A stretch of DNA of 64,000 nt, taken from Chrysemys picta bellii. Its lineage: Eukaryota. The stretch is taken from NCBI RefSeq assembly GCF_011386835.1, contig NC_088793.1, positions 125,798,001-125,862,000 of the forward strand. Reading direction: 5' to 3'. Shown here piece after piece: positions 13,794 to 26,520 of this stretch (its first letter is position 1; the number at the start of each line of letters is the position of its first letter). A model generated the notes under the pieces. The model had not been told where the DNA came from, did no database searches, and saw only the letters and a program-made list of their open reading frames with translations. Both the position numbers and the translations under genes were made by a program.

Positions 13794-15009
13794 TGTAAAG
13801 TCTGAGGCCTTTTTCCACAGCCAAATTAGGACAGCAGAAGCCATGAGCTAAGAAACAAAGTCACATTCTCACATTCCCTTTATATTATATCAAAACAATG
13901 TAATATCAGGCTGTTAAGGCGGCACTCCTGTCCTAATAGTAGCCAGCATCACCAGATAAAGAAACAGATCTTAAGATGTTTAAAGAAAACTTTGTTTGAC
14001 AGCATTCGCTCTGGCAAGGAATCACTGAACAGTTGTGAAATCGCTACTTCTTTATTGTTTTGCCTTTATAGTCCCCACTTCTCTATTGTTTATCTGTATG
14101 GTCTCTGTCTGATTCTTTAATTGTTTCTGACTGCTGCATAACTAATTTTGCAATGTGTAAATTGAATAAGGTGGTGGGGTCTGATTGGGTAAAGAATTGT
14201 TTAGTAATGGGCTAGGATTGGGGGAAAATACTGTTTTGTAATATTTTAGTTTAAAAGGACTGGTTACGGCAGGGATCAGCAACCTTTGGTGGGCTGGGCC
14301 GGTTTGTTTACCTGTCGTGCCTGCAGGTTTGGCCGATCATGGCTCTCACTGGCCACGGTTAGCCGCTCCAGACCAATGGGGGCTGCGGGAAGCGGCGCGG
14401 TCTGAGGGATGTGCTGGCCGCTGCTTCCCACGGCCCCCTGTCCCCATTGGCCTGGAGCAGTGAACTGCGGCCAGTGGGAGCCGCAATCGGCCGAATCTGC
14501 GGATGCAGCAGGTAAACAAACCAGCCCGGCCCGCCAGGGTGCTTACCCTGGCGGGCCGCGTGCAAAAGGTTGCCGATCCCTGGGTTACGGTATAGCTAAG
14601 CAGGACTCAAGATTAACTATATAAACTGGGGTCCAAAAGGAAGTTCTTTGGAACCTAACTCCAGGTCACAGCCAAGATAAGAGTTGCCAGACCTCAACAC
14701 CCTGTCAACCATATCGTGCACAAGCTGGAGGAGTCCCAGATGACCTGATCCTGACTGGCCAGCAGGAAAAGTTCAGCTGCCTTATTGGCAGTAGTGAGCA
14801 CTGTATGCTTAGGGTGTGTATTCTGTTTTGGTAACTGTTAATAAATAGAGGTTAAGGATATTACTGTGTAAGGCTCCTTCACCGGTAAAAGGCCCTGCAA
14901 ACCCACAGAAAATTATGCCCTGAGCCTTAGGAATTGGGAAAGGGTGGGGGTGCCTAAATCGAGCACACAGAAGGGTAAAAGTGGGGCATCCTAGAGTGTG
15001 TGTGTAACA
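13794..15009 (+). mobile_element. Solo LTR (4-bp TSD), interrupted by a MITE
   Basis: TGTAAAG...GTAACA termini, TSD agtg (13790-93 / 15010-13), tataaa ~14620, aataaa ~14840. Confidence 0.7.
14270..14582. mobile_element. hAT-type MITE nested in the LTR
   Basis: TIRs cagggatcagcaacct / aggttgccgatccctg; perfect 8-bp TSD ggttacgg. Confidence 0.9.
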
Positions 15010-17267
15010 AGTGTAGTCCATCAGCAATTGCTCATGGGATTAATCCATGATTAGTTTGCAGGACTGGGCTCAATATTTGTTAATATTAATGCACACAAGG
15101 TTGAACCTGATCCTGCAACCCTTACTAGCACACGTAGTTCCATTGACTTAAATGGAAGCATGCATGCAAGTGAGGGATGCTCTTGTCAGTCAAGGCAGCA
15201 GGCTGGGGCCAAACGTAGTTCATATGCACTATGGGAAAAGGTTAAAAATGTCAAAGACATGGTTCCCACAGCAACCAATTCTTAGCACCTTTAGGCATTA
15301 TAGGCGATGCAGGTAGCACCACCTACTGTTAAGGCTGCCTCACACATCCCATGATGAGACCTAGTTTTAAAGTGCTTGAGACTCTGCCAAAGTGAATCCA
15401 TTTGGCCTGAAATTTTCCATGGCAAGGGTCTGCCTTGGACTGAGTTCTTCTGGAAAGTTTCAGCTAAAACGAGGTCAGATGTTTCTGAGATCAAGGTTAG
15501 GGAAAAATAATGTTTTGCTCATGTTAAAAAAAATTCCTACAAACTTCACTAAAAAACCATGATTCGTTCCCATCCTGTGCACTGAATGAGGCAGGGGTAC
15601 TGTGGAAAAAATAGTATGTGATCACATAATTAAAGACTATCATAAAGCATGCGCACAAGGGGGCCGAACTAATGTTGCATTTCTGAACATTTGAGTACTT
15701 GACTTTGTGAAGTCGATGTTCTTTTAATCGAATATGGAATCTATTGTCTAGTATTATATATGTCGTTGAATGTATGTCTTAAGATAAATATGCAATATAG
15801 CTGAGTTATGGTTGTTGCTGAAATCAGAACTTAATTTCCTTACTTTTAAAATCTTTATCTTAGCCCAAGCAAAGATTATTTGATTTTTCTTTATTTTCTT
15901 TCTTTATTTTATTTTGGTGAGTGGAGTAGAGGAACATTTAATTTTAATGTTTAAAAAAAGTAGAGGACCAATTGATAAATGCAGTACATAAAGATACAGG
16001 ATAAAAATGTGAAAGTGTCCCTCACTTAGGAAACTAAGTGCTATTAATGTTCAGTATAATGTAGGCTCCTAAGTCTTAGGAGCATTTGAAATTTTTACCT
16101 GTGATCTAATTAAATGGGCAACTAATGAAATAAGTGGTTGTATCTGGTGCTGCACACAACGTAACAGTAATCATTTAAACCTTTAGCTCAAAGAGTCCAT
16201 GACAAGCTAGACATTTTAGAACAAAGGAGTGAAATCTTGGTTCCATTGAAATCAGTGGGAGGCAGGATTTCTCTCACACACACATACACACAGAGTAGAT
16301 GAACACATGAGCAGAACCATATTCACTGGTGTAATTTCAGAAGACTTTGGTAAGAGCAGAAGGGAACACCTTGAAGTTGGTAGGTAGCAACTTTGCCTAA
16401 CTTTTAATTTGTTAATCCCTGTTTGCAATTCTATGTAACTCATTGTGCTTTCCCCTATCCCCAGGAAACACTTTCAAATGTTGATTTATTAGGATTTTAT
16501 ATGTATACAGTGTCTTGCACAAAGCTGGCCCTAAGGACATGCCTGACTCTCACCCACCTTTGACTTTTTGGAATCTTGGAACATCAGGGATAATCTAAAT
16601 TTCATTTTAAATACGTTTTTCAGCTACTTGCCTTGAAAATGTAAACAATCTCCTCTGCCTGAGAGTTTACCATTATTCCCTCAAGTGAGGAGAATCCCAG
16701 ATCAGTTCCTGGCTGCAGAGGCAGTGTTGCCCAGGCTATAGTAGATGGGGACAAGTTTACTACACGCTCTTTCCCAGTAGGCTGCCAGGAGCTTAACTGG
16801 CTGCTTGCCACTTAGGCTGGCAACGTATTAATCTCCTTGAGGGCATAGTCAAGTTCCTGACCTTTTCGTCTTATTTTCCACAACTGCGAGATGAGGATAG
16901 GAATATTTTACTGGCTGTTAAGGCAAGCAGTTAACATTAGTAGACACTATGTACCAAACATGCTTCTATGGCAGCTGCCATCTTGGCCAACAGGAATCGA
17001 ACCAGAGATCTCCAGAGCTAGCAGCATGCGTGTCTACAGCAGCAACTAAAAAGCCAGGCTCTGTAGCTGAGAACGGTAACAGACTCACATCCGTGGATCA
17101 GGCACAGAGGGGGGATGTGTAACACACACACACTGACCAACGGGCTGCACTAACATTTTCCAGAATGCACACAAATCCTGCAGTGCCCCAATGCCTAGAA
17201 GCCTCAGTCTCCCAGCTTATTTGAACAATTGTCTCTGGCAAAAAAATTTTAAAAGGTTGGTAACTAT

Positions 17268-17594
17268 CAGGGCTGCTTAGGGTGACCAGATGTCCTGATT
17301 TTATAGGGACAGTCCCGATTTTTGGGTCTTTTTCTTATATAGGCTCCTATTACCCCCCACCCCCTGTCCCGATTTTTCACATTTGCTGTCTGGTCACCCT
17401 AGGGCTGCTCCAGGCACCAGCTTGGCCCCTGGAGAGGGGCATCACGTCCAGCTGTTCGGGGGCAATTCGGCAGACGGTCCCTCACTCCCGCTGGGAGCAA
17501 AGGACCTCCCGCCGAATTGCTGCCGCCGATCGCGACTTTTTTTTTTTTTTTTTTTTTGCTGCTTGGGACGGCAAAAACCCTGGAGCCGGCCCTG
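17268..17594. mobile_element. hAT-type MITE (cagggccggctc family)
   Basis: Right TIR ggagccggccctg; perfect 8-bp TSD gtaactat (17260-67 / 17595-602); left TIR interrupted by a second MITE. Confidence 0.9.
17278..17401. mobile_element. hAT-type MITE (tagggtgaccag family) nested in the TIR of the previous one
   Basis: TIRs tagggtgaccaga / tctggtcacccta; perfect TSD gggctgct. Confidence 0.92.
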
Positions 17595-17772
17595 GTAACT
17601 ATGCACTAAGCATGGCCCAAGCAGCTTGGGTCTCTGCAAATCCTGCAGCAGGTAGGGGACCTGATTATTCCCCCCACCTTAAAAACCCAAGATATATTCA
17701 TCCAATAAAAGGAGTCAGTTCAATATCACTAACATTCCCCATAATTGTCAGCCCAACACTGTGGTGTCATCA

Positions 17773-18050
17773 ACATAAGAACATAAGAATGACCACACTG
17801 GGTCAGACCAAAGGTCCATCCAGCCCAGTATCCTGTCTGCCGACAGTGGCCAATGCCATTTACCCCAGAGGGAGTGAACCTAACAGGTAATGATCAAGTG
17901 ATCTCTCTCCTGCCATCCATCTCCACCCTCTGACAAACAGAGGCTAGGGACACCATTCCTTACCCATCCTGGCTAATAGCCATTAATGGACTTAACCTCC
18001 ATGAATTTATCTAGTTCTACATAAGAACATAAGAATATGAACATAAGAAC
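17773..18050 (-). mobile_element. CR1 LINE 3' end, 5'-truncated
   Basis: (cataagaa)n tail followed by CR1 3'UTR reverse complement (ggtcagaccaaaggtccatccagcccag). Confidence 0.85.
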
Positions 18051-18395
18051 ATTGCAGCAGACTGGAATTTGTTGCATTGGAGATGCAAGTGAAAAAAATG
18101 GCACCATCCAAAAATCCACATACCAACCTCTGACATTCCATCCTGATGGATTCCAAACCCCTACGCAAACTGTATCTACATCACTGAAATGCAGCCAGCT
18201 CTGGGGTGGAGGGGGAAAACCAGCTAGCACACAACATGCTGCATAAGCAGCTCAGAATTCACAAGCAACCTTGCAATAGAAAACAAGCATGCATATGCCA
18301 CAAAGAAAAATCATTATGTTAAGAATCAGGTAAAATTCTGTTTTTACACAGTATCTGAAGAACAGTGAGACTCATTGTAAAGATTAAAGAAATAC

Positions 18396-18652
18396 CTTGC
18401 CCATGTATATGACTCGCATATGCATGAATGTACCCAAAGACATCTAGCGGATCTTTACACCTTCTGATTCCTTCGGCTTTATGTTGTTTTTCATTCTTCT
18501 CTCTCTGGGATCAATGACTCAACCATATGTTCTTTAAGCACAGAAACTTTCATTGGTGGTGGTGATCAGGATGAGATAGACATTTATTACAAGCTATCAC
18601 AGAGCTATATTCTGCCACTATTGTAATCATTACCAAATCATCACTCTCTTCA
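18396..18652 (-). other. Candidate internal exon (minus strand, 257 nt)
   Basis: Acceptor cctgactttttttacag|TGAAG and donor GGCAAG|gtattt; not repeat-derived as far as recognisable; no full-length open frame. Confidence 0.25.
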
Positions 18653-19709
18653 CTGTAAAAAAAGTCAGGTTCCTCCCTGCTAACACTGCTGAGATTATAT
18701 GCATTTTACAAATCATACAATAAATATTGGCAGCACCACTTTCATGTGAAGGGGTGATGACCACTAAAATCTTTATTTACATTTTTGCTGAAGTGCTTGT
18801 CCTTATTAACAGAGGATGCATCCTCTGTTAATAACAGTGATAGTCTCTTAAAAACAGGTAATGTAGAGTATATTTTTTCCTCCCACATGCCACTACAGTT
18901 AAAATGTGCTCTGCTAGCTTTTCATTTTCCTCTTGAATTAGTTATTAAATTACAATTTACTACAATCAATGACTTTTATACCCATACTTTATATTAAGTA
19001 GCTTATGTAAGGTTGCTTTTTTTATGCATGCCAACTTTCATAGAGTCCTCTAGTTGAAAAGCCAGTAGAAGCAGTTTTCACTACTATTTCTGTAGGTATT
19101 ATTAGATTAAAACACTGTCAGAAGAAACACTGAATTGCATGAATGACAATATTAGGAGAAGAGCAAAATGTCTTAAAGTATTTGTCCATTGTTGAAGTGT
19201 GCTGCTGCTTTGAAAAGTGACTATGTAACAATAGTACCCAATTAAAAGATCTGTTCCTTTTGCACATCCATCTTAATTTAGTGACAAAAACAATTTGTAT
19301 TTCTTTTTATTCCTGCTAGCCCTGTAAAGCTGAACCATCTAAGAGAGACTGATGCCAGATTCTATTAATATTTTTCTTCATCAAAGGAATTGTTAACTAA
19401 TTTCCAATCAGATACACCTATAGACCACCACTGATTACCAAGGGGTTGCACGGGTGTCATGGAGATGACTTTGGCCTGCAAAGCCTTTATTAATGATGAT
19501 GACAGACTGGTGGGCGTGGGGGTGAGGGGGACACCACACTTGACTATCAGAGACTAGTCTGAGCTCCTGGAGCTGGTAATTAGAAAAAAGCCCTTTACTT
19601 GTAAACGGAACACTTTGGTACAGGACCATTGAGACAAGGATGGAACCTTACAATGCCATTTTCGGTCCACATTCAGAGCAGAACCACATTTTAACAAGTG
19701 GCTCCGTAG

Positions 19710-19897
19710 CACGGGGCACAGGTCACTTGCAGGTTTAAACTAGAGTACATGGTGGATTCTCAGTAACTTGAAGTCTTTAAATAGAGGTTTTGGCATACTA
19801 CAGGAGTGGGTAGGGGAGGTTCTCCGGCCTGCAAAGTGCTGGTGGTCAGACTAGATGATCATGATGGTCCCTTCTGGCCATAAAGTCTGAGAGTCTA
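19710..19897 (+). mobile_element. CR1 LINE 3' end
   Basis: ggtcagactagatgatcatgatggtcccttctggccataaagtctgagagtct tail. Confidence 0.75.
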
Positions 19898-20083
19898 CAA
19901 ACCATCCTTATTCATATTAGTTCCACTGAGACCACTGGGACCAGGTAAATTTTGCAGACCCTCTTTTGTATTCAAAATTACTAGCATTTATACCTCTAGC
20001 TACCTTTAGAAATCTGCTCTGTAATACGGGCACTGTGTGACAAATCTGTCTGAATATGTTCTAAAATCGGCTGTGGTTACTAT

Positions 20084-20407
20084 GGAAGCAGCAGCATGTG
20101 CCCCCTCTGGCTCTTATGCAGAGGCATGGCCAGGCGGCTCTGCTACGCGCTGCCCTGTTTGCAGGCGCCACCCCTGCAGTTCCCATTGGCCATGATTCAG
20201 AGTGTGCAGAGCAGAGCCCACGAGCCAGAGGGGGGACATGCCGCTGCTTCCGGGAGCTGCGCACGGCGGCCCCTGACCCTGCTCCCCATGCTGGAGTGCC
20301 GGAGCGGGGCAAGCCCCAAACCCTGCTCTCCAGTAGGAGCCTGAGAGCTGGATTAAAATGGCTGGCGGGCCAGATGTGGCCCGCGGGCCATACTTTGCCC
20401 ACCCCTG
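20084..20407. mobile_element. Right half of a GC-rich hAT-type MITE
   Basis: Ends tactttgcccacccctg; homologous to the right half of 52730-53492; left half absent. Confidence 0.8.
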
Positions 20408-20948
20408 ACTTAAAGGTATCATTAGCTGTCCTAGTATCGGAGGTTATATCCCTTTCAGAGACTAGCCACTAGAGGGTGACCTGGTCATTACAGCTGGTTG
20501 AAAAACATCTACAATTTTTCATGAAAAGTTTCCATTGAAATTTCAAACAGCTCTAGTAACCACAGAGCAAGTTTGCGGCATAGCCAGGAATGGGACCCCA
20601 ATCTGCTGACACTTAATGCTGTGATTTGTCCATCAGACCATAAAATGCAGATCTGTCTCATTTCAAACCAAATTTTGACCTAAATATGCAGGTATAATGA
20701 CTTCGACTGGAGGTGTGCATGTGCACCCAAGGGCAAAATTAGATCTTTTGTTTTGCAGTCATTTTCCTAGCACTTACAAAAAAGGTCTATATACTGATTC
20801 ATCCTCCTCCAAATTTTAGAGGTGCTGCAGAGACATTTACAAATTGTTTTTAGGCTTATTACTATTAATAGAAGGTATTTTATTGAAAAAAAGTTCATTC
20901 TTTATCCCCTCTGTCCAAGTAACTCTGATAAACAACATGAACCATAAA

Positions 20949-21459
20949 TAAGGATGCGACTCTGTCACGGAGGTCGTGGAAGTCACGGATTCTGTGACTT
21001 TCTGCAACCTCTGTGACTTTTGCAGCTGCAATGGCTGGTGCGGCTGATCCCAGGGTTGCCCGGGCAGTGCCCGAGCAGCGATCCCAGGGGCTGCCCCAGG
21101 GCCAGCTGCACCTGCTGCTGCTCAGGCAGCATGGTCTGGGGGATGCACCCAAGCAGCGGTCCCAGAGGTGGCCCTGGGGAGCACCCGAGCAGCAGTTCCC
21201 GAGGCCTCGGAGCAGGGGTGGCTGGGGGAAGTCAGCCTCTGTGGCCAGTGCAGAGGCAAGCCGTTGACTTTGGGGGCCCCCAGAGCAGCGGTGTCCTAGG
21301 GCCTCCCAGAGCCACAGCACCCTGGGCCCCAGGAGTTGCTAAGTTTTAGTCAGGGATATTTATGTAGTAAAAGCCATAGACAGGTCACGAGCCATGATTT
21401 TTTGTTTATTGCCCATGACTTTTACAATATAAATACCCTTGTCTAAAACTTAGCCTTTA
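20949..21459. mobile_element. hAT-type MITE (taagg.../...cctta family)
   Basis: Degenerate TIRs; 8-bp TSD accataaa (20941-48 / 21460-67); GC-rich core. Confidence 0.8.
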
Positions 21460-22789
21460 ACCATAAACATAGGCAGGTGACAATTCTACCTCGTGTATTG
21501 ATTGTGTGGTACCATGTAGATGTACCTTTTCATGGGAAAGCAGGTTGCTACGGGACACCAAATGCTATCAATGCCCTACTGTTTTTTCCAGGGTGAATTC
21601 TGCTCAGTTCCTTCTGGGTTGTACCCACCTTCACTTTATCAGATGAAAACAGAAGCTCAGCAGTGACATACCCTGACATAAGGATGCATTTCCTGAAAGT
21701 ACACTAAATGAGGAACGGTGAATTATACCTTCTTGAAATTCTCCTCATGTATTTTTAATCTTAATAATTCTCTTGGGACTTGGAGCACTATACACACACA
21801 CAAATCAACAATTTTCTGATCATTTGATCAGATGCACACACCACCTTAATGACTATAAAAAGTACATATTCTTGGGGGGAAGGGCAATATACTGTTCACT
21901 TTGCATAGAGAATCTCCAAAGGACAGTTACATAGAGGTGAATGATACTACCATTAAAAATTGCAGAATTCCTTCAGAACAAGAGTATACATATCTTCAGC
22001 AATGAACGGGTTAAATCAGATTGTCTATTAATGTGCCATATTCACAATGTTTTTAAAATGTGTTTTGTTTCTTTTTGTTCCAAAAAGAATATAATCAAAA
22101 TGGCTGTTTTGTTTAGCAAAAGCATATATTATGGAAATCAGTGTGACATTCTGTGAATGTGAAACAATACACTGTGGAAAATGTGAAATTACAATACACT
22201 GAAATTGAGAGTCATGCTGAATTAACAGACTGTTCGTCTCGTATCACTAATAAACTGCAAGTATATGAAGAGGCAGGGAAAAGTCAGTGATTGTACATTT
22301 ATAAACCATGGGATAAATGTTAAAACTTGGAAAAAAAGAGGCCCTTCAGATAGCACCCAGTCTAACGAGGCATTTAAGAAGGCCAGTACCACAGTACCTA
22401 AATATTAAATACCAGTACTTGAAGTGGGGTGGGTCGCAAGGAGTCAAAGACCCGGGGGGGCGGGGGAGAGAGAGGGAGAGAAATAAAAAATTGAGTTGGG
22501 TTGCTGAGAGAGAGAGACTTTAAACACTGTCTTACCAAAGTTACTACTCCCAGATTATGATAGATTCCTGTCCCATGCACCTGACACTTTTTTCAGACTA
22601 CTTTATTAAATGCTTATATTTGGCAGTGCTTAGACACACAACTGTGACTGGGACAAATTCACCAGAGAATTTTAGACAGAGTTTGATTTGAACCCTGAAA
22701 GTAATATGCCAAGTTCTCTCAGTTACACCCAGTGGAAGTGCACTAATTGCATGAGTATATTTGAGTTTATGGTAAACTCTAAAATATGA

Positions 22790-23112
22790 ATAAGGACTGG
22801 GAATGGCTGAGCCATTACAAACATTGAATCTATCTCCCCTTGTAAGTATTCTCACACTTCTTATCAAACTGTCTGTACTGGGCTAGCTTGATTATCACTT
22901 CAAAAGTTTTTTTTTTCTCTTAATTAATTGGCCTCTCAGAGTTGGTAAGACAACTCCCACCTGTTTATGCTCTCTGTATGTGTGTATATATATCTCCTCA
23001 ATATATGTTCCATTCTATATGCATCCGAAGAACTGGGCTGTAGTCCACGAAAGCTTATGCTCTAATAAATTTGTTAGTCTCTAAGGTGCCACAAGTACTC
23101 CTGTTCTTTTTT
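22790..23112 (+). mobile_element. Penelope-like element 3' end with hammerhead-like motif
   Basis: ORF C-terminus ...NKDWEWLSHYKH*, then the 3' region ending ctaaggtgccacaagtactcctgttcttttt; 1 mismatch over ~168 bp versus the 50516 copy. Confidence 0.85.
23021..23060 (+). ncRNA. Minimal type I hammerhead-ribozyme-like motif (PLE-associated)
   Basis: GCAT-CCGAAGA-A-stem II-GAAA-GC-TT-ATGC; first stem II base mutated in this copy. Confidence 0.55.
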
Positions 23113-23604
23113 CTAAAATATGGGCGTTTCTGCTTTTGGTCATAGAGTTAACAACAGCTTCTTCATTTTAATATTCTTTTTAAACTGAGCAGTACTCAGT
23201 GGGGTGCATCCTTTTCTGCTTACTAGGATGAGATGCCCCATACTTTTTGAAACTACCAGAGAACATTAGAATTTAACTTGTTAAGTTGGAATGCATACTG
23301 CTTCTGAGACAGTGCAACAAGGGTAGGAAAAAAAGACAAGATAACTTGAGGATGAGAGAGCCTATAAACAGTGACTATATTTGACAAACTATGCCACATA
23401 CTGTACTTTAGGTATAGTTTGGGACATCATATAAAGCATTAACACCACAAATGAAAAAGAACTACCTTGGTGAAGCAGAAGGGCAATGCATCTCAGGCTG
23501 AGGGCAGTTGTGCCCTCCTAAGAGTGAGCACTTCAGAACAATGCAATTGGCAAACTTTATCATCAGTCCAGTTCGAAACAAAACAAAGCAAAGAAGTGTC
23601 TTAC

Positions 23605-23738
23605 CTTTTTAAGGAACAATTTTTGTAGTTTCTTGTGAGACAGCTTTATCATTTTTGCCAGCATTCAAAAACGTGATGTGGGTCAGATTCTGCAAGTACT
23701 TGAACCATTCTGCAGGAGTTCGACACCTTTCATCTTCC
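23605..23738 (-). other. Candidate 5' exon with 20-codon ORF start (MLAKMIKLSHKKLQKLFLKK)
   Basis: ATG at 23664 runs in phase 0 to a consensus donor AAG|gtaaga at 23604; second donor AAG|gtaggc at 23888; unique sequence. Confidence 0.3.
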
Positions 23739-24273
23739 CTGTTATCTTGTTGCAACCAGCTTAGCTCAGCATGTCAGACAGCAGCCCCAACACAGCAACA
23801 GATTAAAAAGCGAGGGCTAGACTGGATCTAATCTTTGACTCAAATCAGGTGGATAGACACGGCATCTCTGGCTTTAGCTGAAGCCTACCTTTGTTTGTCA
23901 GCACAGAGGAGGAAAAAAGGAAACAAGCCTCCAGGCTGCACCTATCTTTTAAAAATAATTGCAAAGTTACAATAGATTCTTATCCGCAGGGAAAAGAAAT
24001 GTAAGGGAAAGCAAAAAGGTACTGGAGCTCAACATCTGGCTGATCCTTCAAAGCCCATGCCACAGAAGAAACTAGTTCGGTATCTGGGACTGTGAAAGAT
24101 ATCCAGCTATGCCTGCTGTGTGCCGTGCGCCACAGTACACCTGTTAATTGTGTGCGTTTTGTGTGACTCAGCCAAGCACAATAAAAGAGCTTGTCATTTA
24201 TATTACTTTCTGAAATGAATTGGAGACTTTTTCCTTGCAATGGGTAAAAGAGAAGACTACACAAAGATATTAC

Positions 24274-24305
24274 AAACACAAACACACACACACACACACA
24301 CACAC
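24274..24305. repeat. (CA)n microsatellite
   Basis: Direct reading. Confidence 0.9.
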
Positions 24306-24599
24306 AGATTTATATAATTTGCAAATACTGGGCTTCATTCATTGTTGTGAAGAGATGCAAGTTTTATTCACCACTGTCCTCCCCCCCCTTCGGAGTTTTA
24401 CCAGGAGAGTGCAATTTAAGTTGTGAGCAGGGGTTGAGGGGGGTTCTGCTGGTGGAAGCTGCCCAGGGTAGCTGAGGTGCTGATTCAGCACAGTGCTTAA
24501 CTACGGGCCAAGCTTTATGCACAGGAGATGTTTCAATGAAGGCAATAGGAGAGCCCGGATGTTTAAAGTTAGGCATCTGTACAAGCAGCTAGCTAAATA

Positions 24600-24844
24600 T
24601 AGGGCTGCCCGGGGGGGGGCAAGTGGGGCAATTTGCCCCAGGCCCCGGGCCCCGCAGGGGCCCCCACGAGAGTTTTTCGGGGCCCCTGGAGCGGGGTCCT
24701 TCACTCGCTCCAGGGGCCCCGGAAAACTCTTGCGGGGCCCGGGCCCCCGGAGCTTCTTCCACTCCGGGTCTTCAGCGGCAATTCAGCGGCGGGTCCCCCT
24801 GCTGCCAAAGACCCCAGGCCCCCTGAATCCTCTGGGCGGCCCTG
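24600..24844. mobile_element. GC-rich hAT-type MITE
   Basis: TIRs (t)agggctgccc / gggcggccctg; degenerate TSD gctaaata / gctgaatt. Confidence 0.8.
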
Positions 24845-25423
24845 GCTGAATTGGGGCCTAAACTGCTACATTCCCAGCTATCCTGGCCAAGCCATATCCT
24901 TGACCAATGCTGCTCACTTCATGAGCTCTTCAATGGAGGAGAAGTTGTAGGTGCCTTGTGAGGCAAACCATACTTTCTACCACCAGGGCCTTCTACTCGA
25001 GTTACACCATTAGAAGCTGGCAGCATAACCCACTGATTAGAAGAGTTGGGGGGGGAGAGGGGGGCGGGAATGATTGTTCAAAGCTACATTCTGATTGGCC
25101 CGTTGAGCCTTTTTTATATCAGAGCTGTCTGGTAACAGCCAACAGCACAGAATTGGCATAAACAAAAAATATCCTTATGCCCATTATGTACAATGGGTGA
25201 GGGCAAAAATGTAACAGGAGGGAAATGCTTTTAAATAAATACCACTACCCTAAAGCATCCATCTCTGATTTTAAGTGGCAGGAATTTTTCTCCAAACAAG
25301 TTACAGCTGTAAAACCAGTTAAACCTGTAGCCAATCTCTCTCTCTCTCTCCCTCTCTCTGTATTTCCCTTTACCCCCTGCAACAGCTGCTTTTACTTCTC
25401 CCCTCTCACTGCCCTACTGCCTC

Positions 25424-25545
25424 TAGGGTTGCCAATTTTGGTTGGACGTATCCTGGAGGTTTCATCATATGACATAATCTTTAATTAAAGATTAGTCTTT
25501 AATCCCTGGAGACTCCAGGGCAATTCTGGAGGGTTGGCAACGCTA
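25424..25545. mobile_element. MITE (tagggttgcca TIR)
   Basis: tagggttgccaa / ttggcaacgcta. Confidence 0.75.
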
Positions 25546-26229
25546 GGAACTGACATGCCATATACACTCTCATAATCTACTGCAAGGTTCTAATCATACA
25601 AGCACTTATGAACATGCTTAACTTTCAGCCCACTGTGGAAACCAGTAAGACTAGTCACATACTTATAGGTAAGCACTTGCATACGTGTTTAGATGACTGG
25701 GGCCTAAACATTTTTATTTTGGGGGAGGGAGGGAAAAGATTAATGAAAACATTGACAGTAAACACAAAGTGCATTTACAGGCCTTTTAAACATTTAATTT
25801 GCCCCTCAGAAAACCCAGAAATGGATAGGGAGCTCAAACAGCCCTGCAGCATGGATGGAAAAGGAGGTAAAATTGAGACATAAATATCAAGGAATCTAAT
25901 CAATCACAGATACATAGATAAGATATCAATGGGGAGGGAAGAGCACAGATTGCAGGAGGAACAGTTTGGAAGCGGCACCAAGAAGTCGGTCTGTGTGCAC
26001 ATAGCTAGAATGCTAGCTGCAATTGCAACATCTGTGTAAAGAGGTCTCTTAATAAACAGCCAGTTTAGTCTTAGAAACATGGTGTTCTCTTATGTTATTA
26101 TCCAGCACATGGTACATGAAATATGCTGTATTGATGGGGGTGGTTGCCCTTAAAAACATAATTAGATAAGGTTATTATATTAGTTTTCCAGAATATGCAT
26201 TGGCTGCCAATAGGTTTCCAAGGAGAATT

Positions 26230-26520
26230 CAAGATATTGGAGTTAAACTAAAAAGCCTAAATGTGATAGGACCTAGTTACCTGAGAGGTCACTTATCTCC
26301 CGCTCTTGCTATGCTTCAACAAGGGAGATTAGCAGGGGAACTTAAGCTGGAACTCCTTTGATACAAACAAATCGGAAGGAGCTACACACAGGACATTGTC
26401 TGTGGAACACACTCCCACTGGATCCGCCAGAGTCTGAATTTGTTAGTCACACTGTAAAACCTATTTTTCCTGACAAGGATTTTGAGGAGGGAGTAGGCTG
26501 AGATTTGGAAGGTTTGGGAT
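26230..26520 (+). mobile_element. Old L2-clade LINE 3' fragment
   Basis: aaaagcctaaatgtgataggacctagttacctgagagg resembles the L2 ORF2 C-terminal KALNGLGPxYL motif. Confidence 0.45.

Noticed and set aside
23605-23664. KLQKLF resembling phospholamban KLQNLF
   Set aside because: No other similarity and no transmembrane helix follows
23980-24303. RHSWISF motif recalling the PDE4D3 N-terminus (RRHSWI)
   Set aside because: Flanking residues do not match, no donor at the expected position, and the ORF starts in a (CA)n repeat
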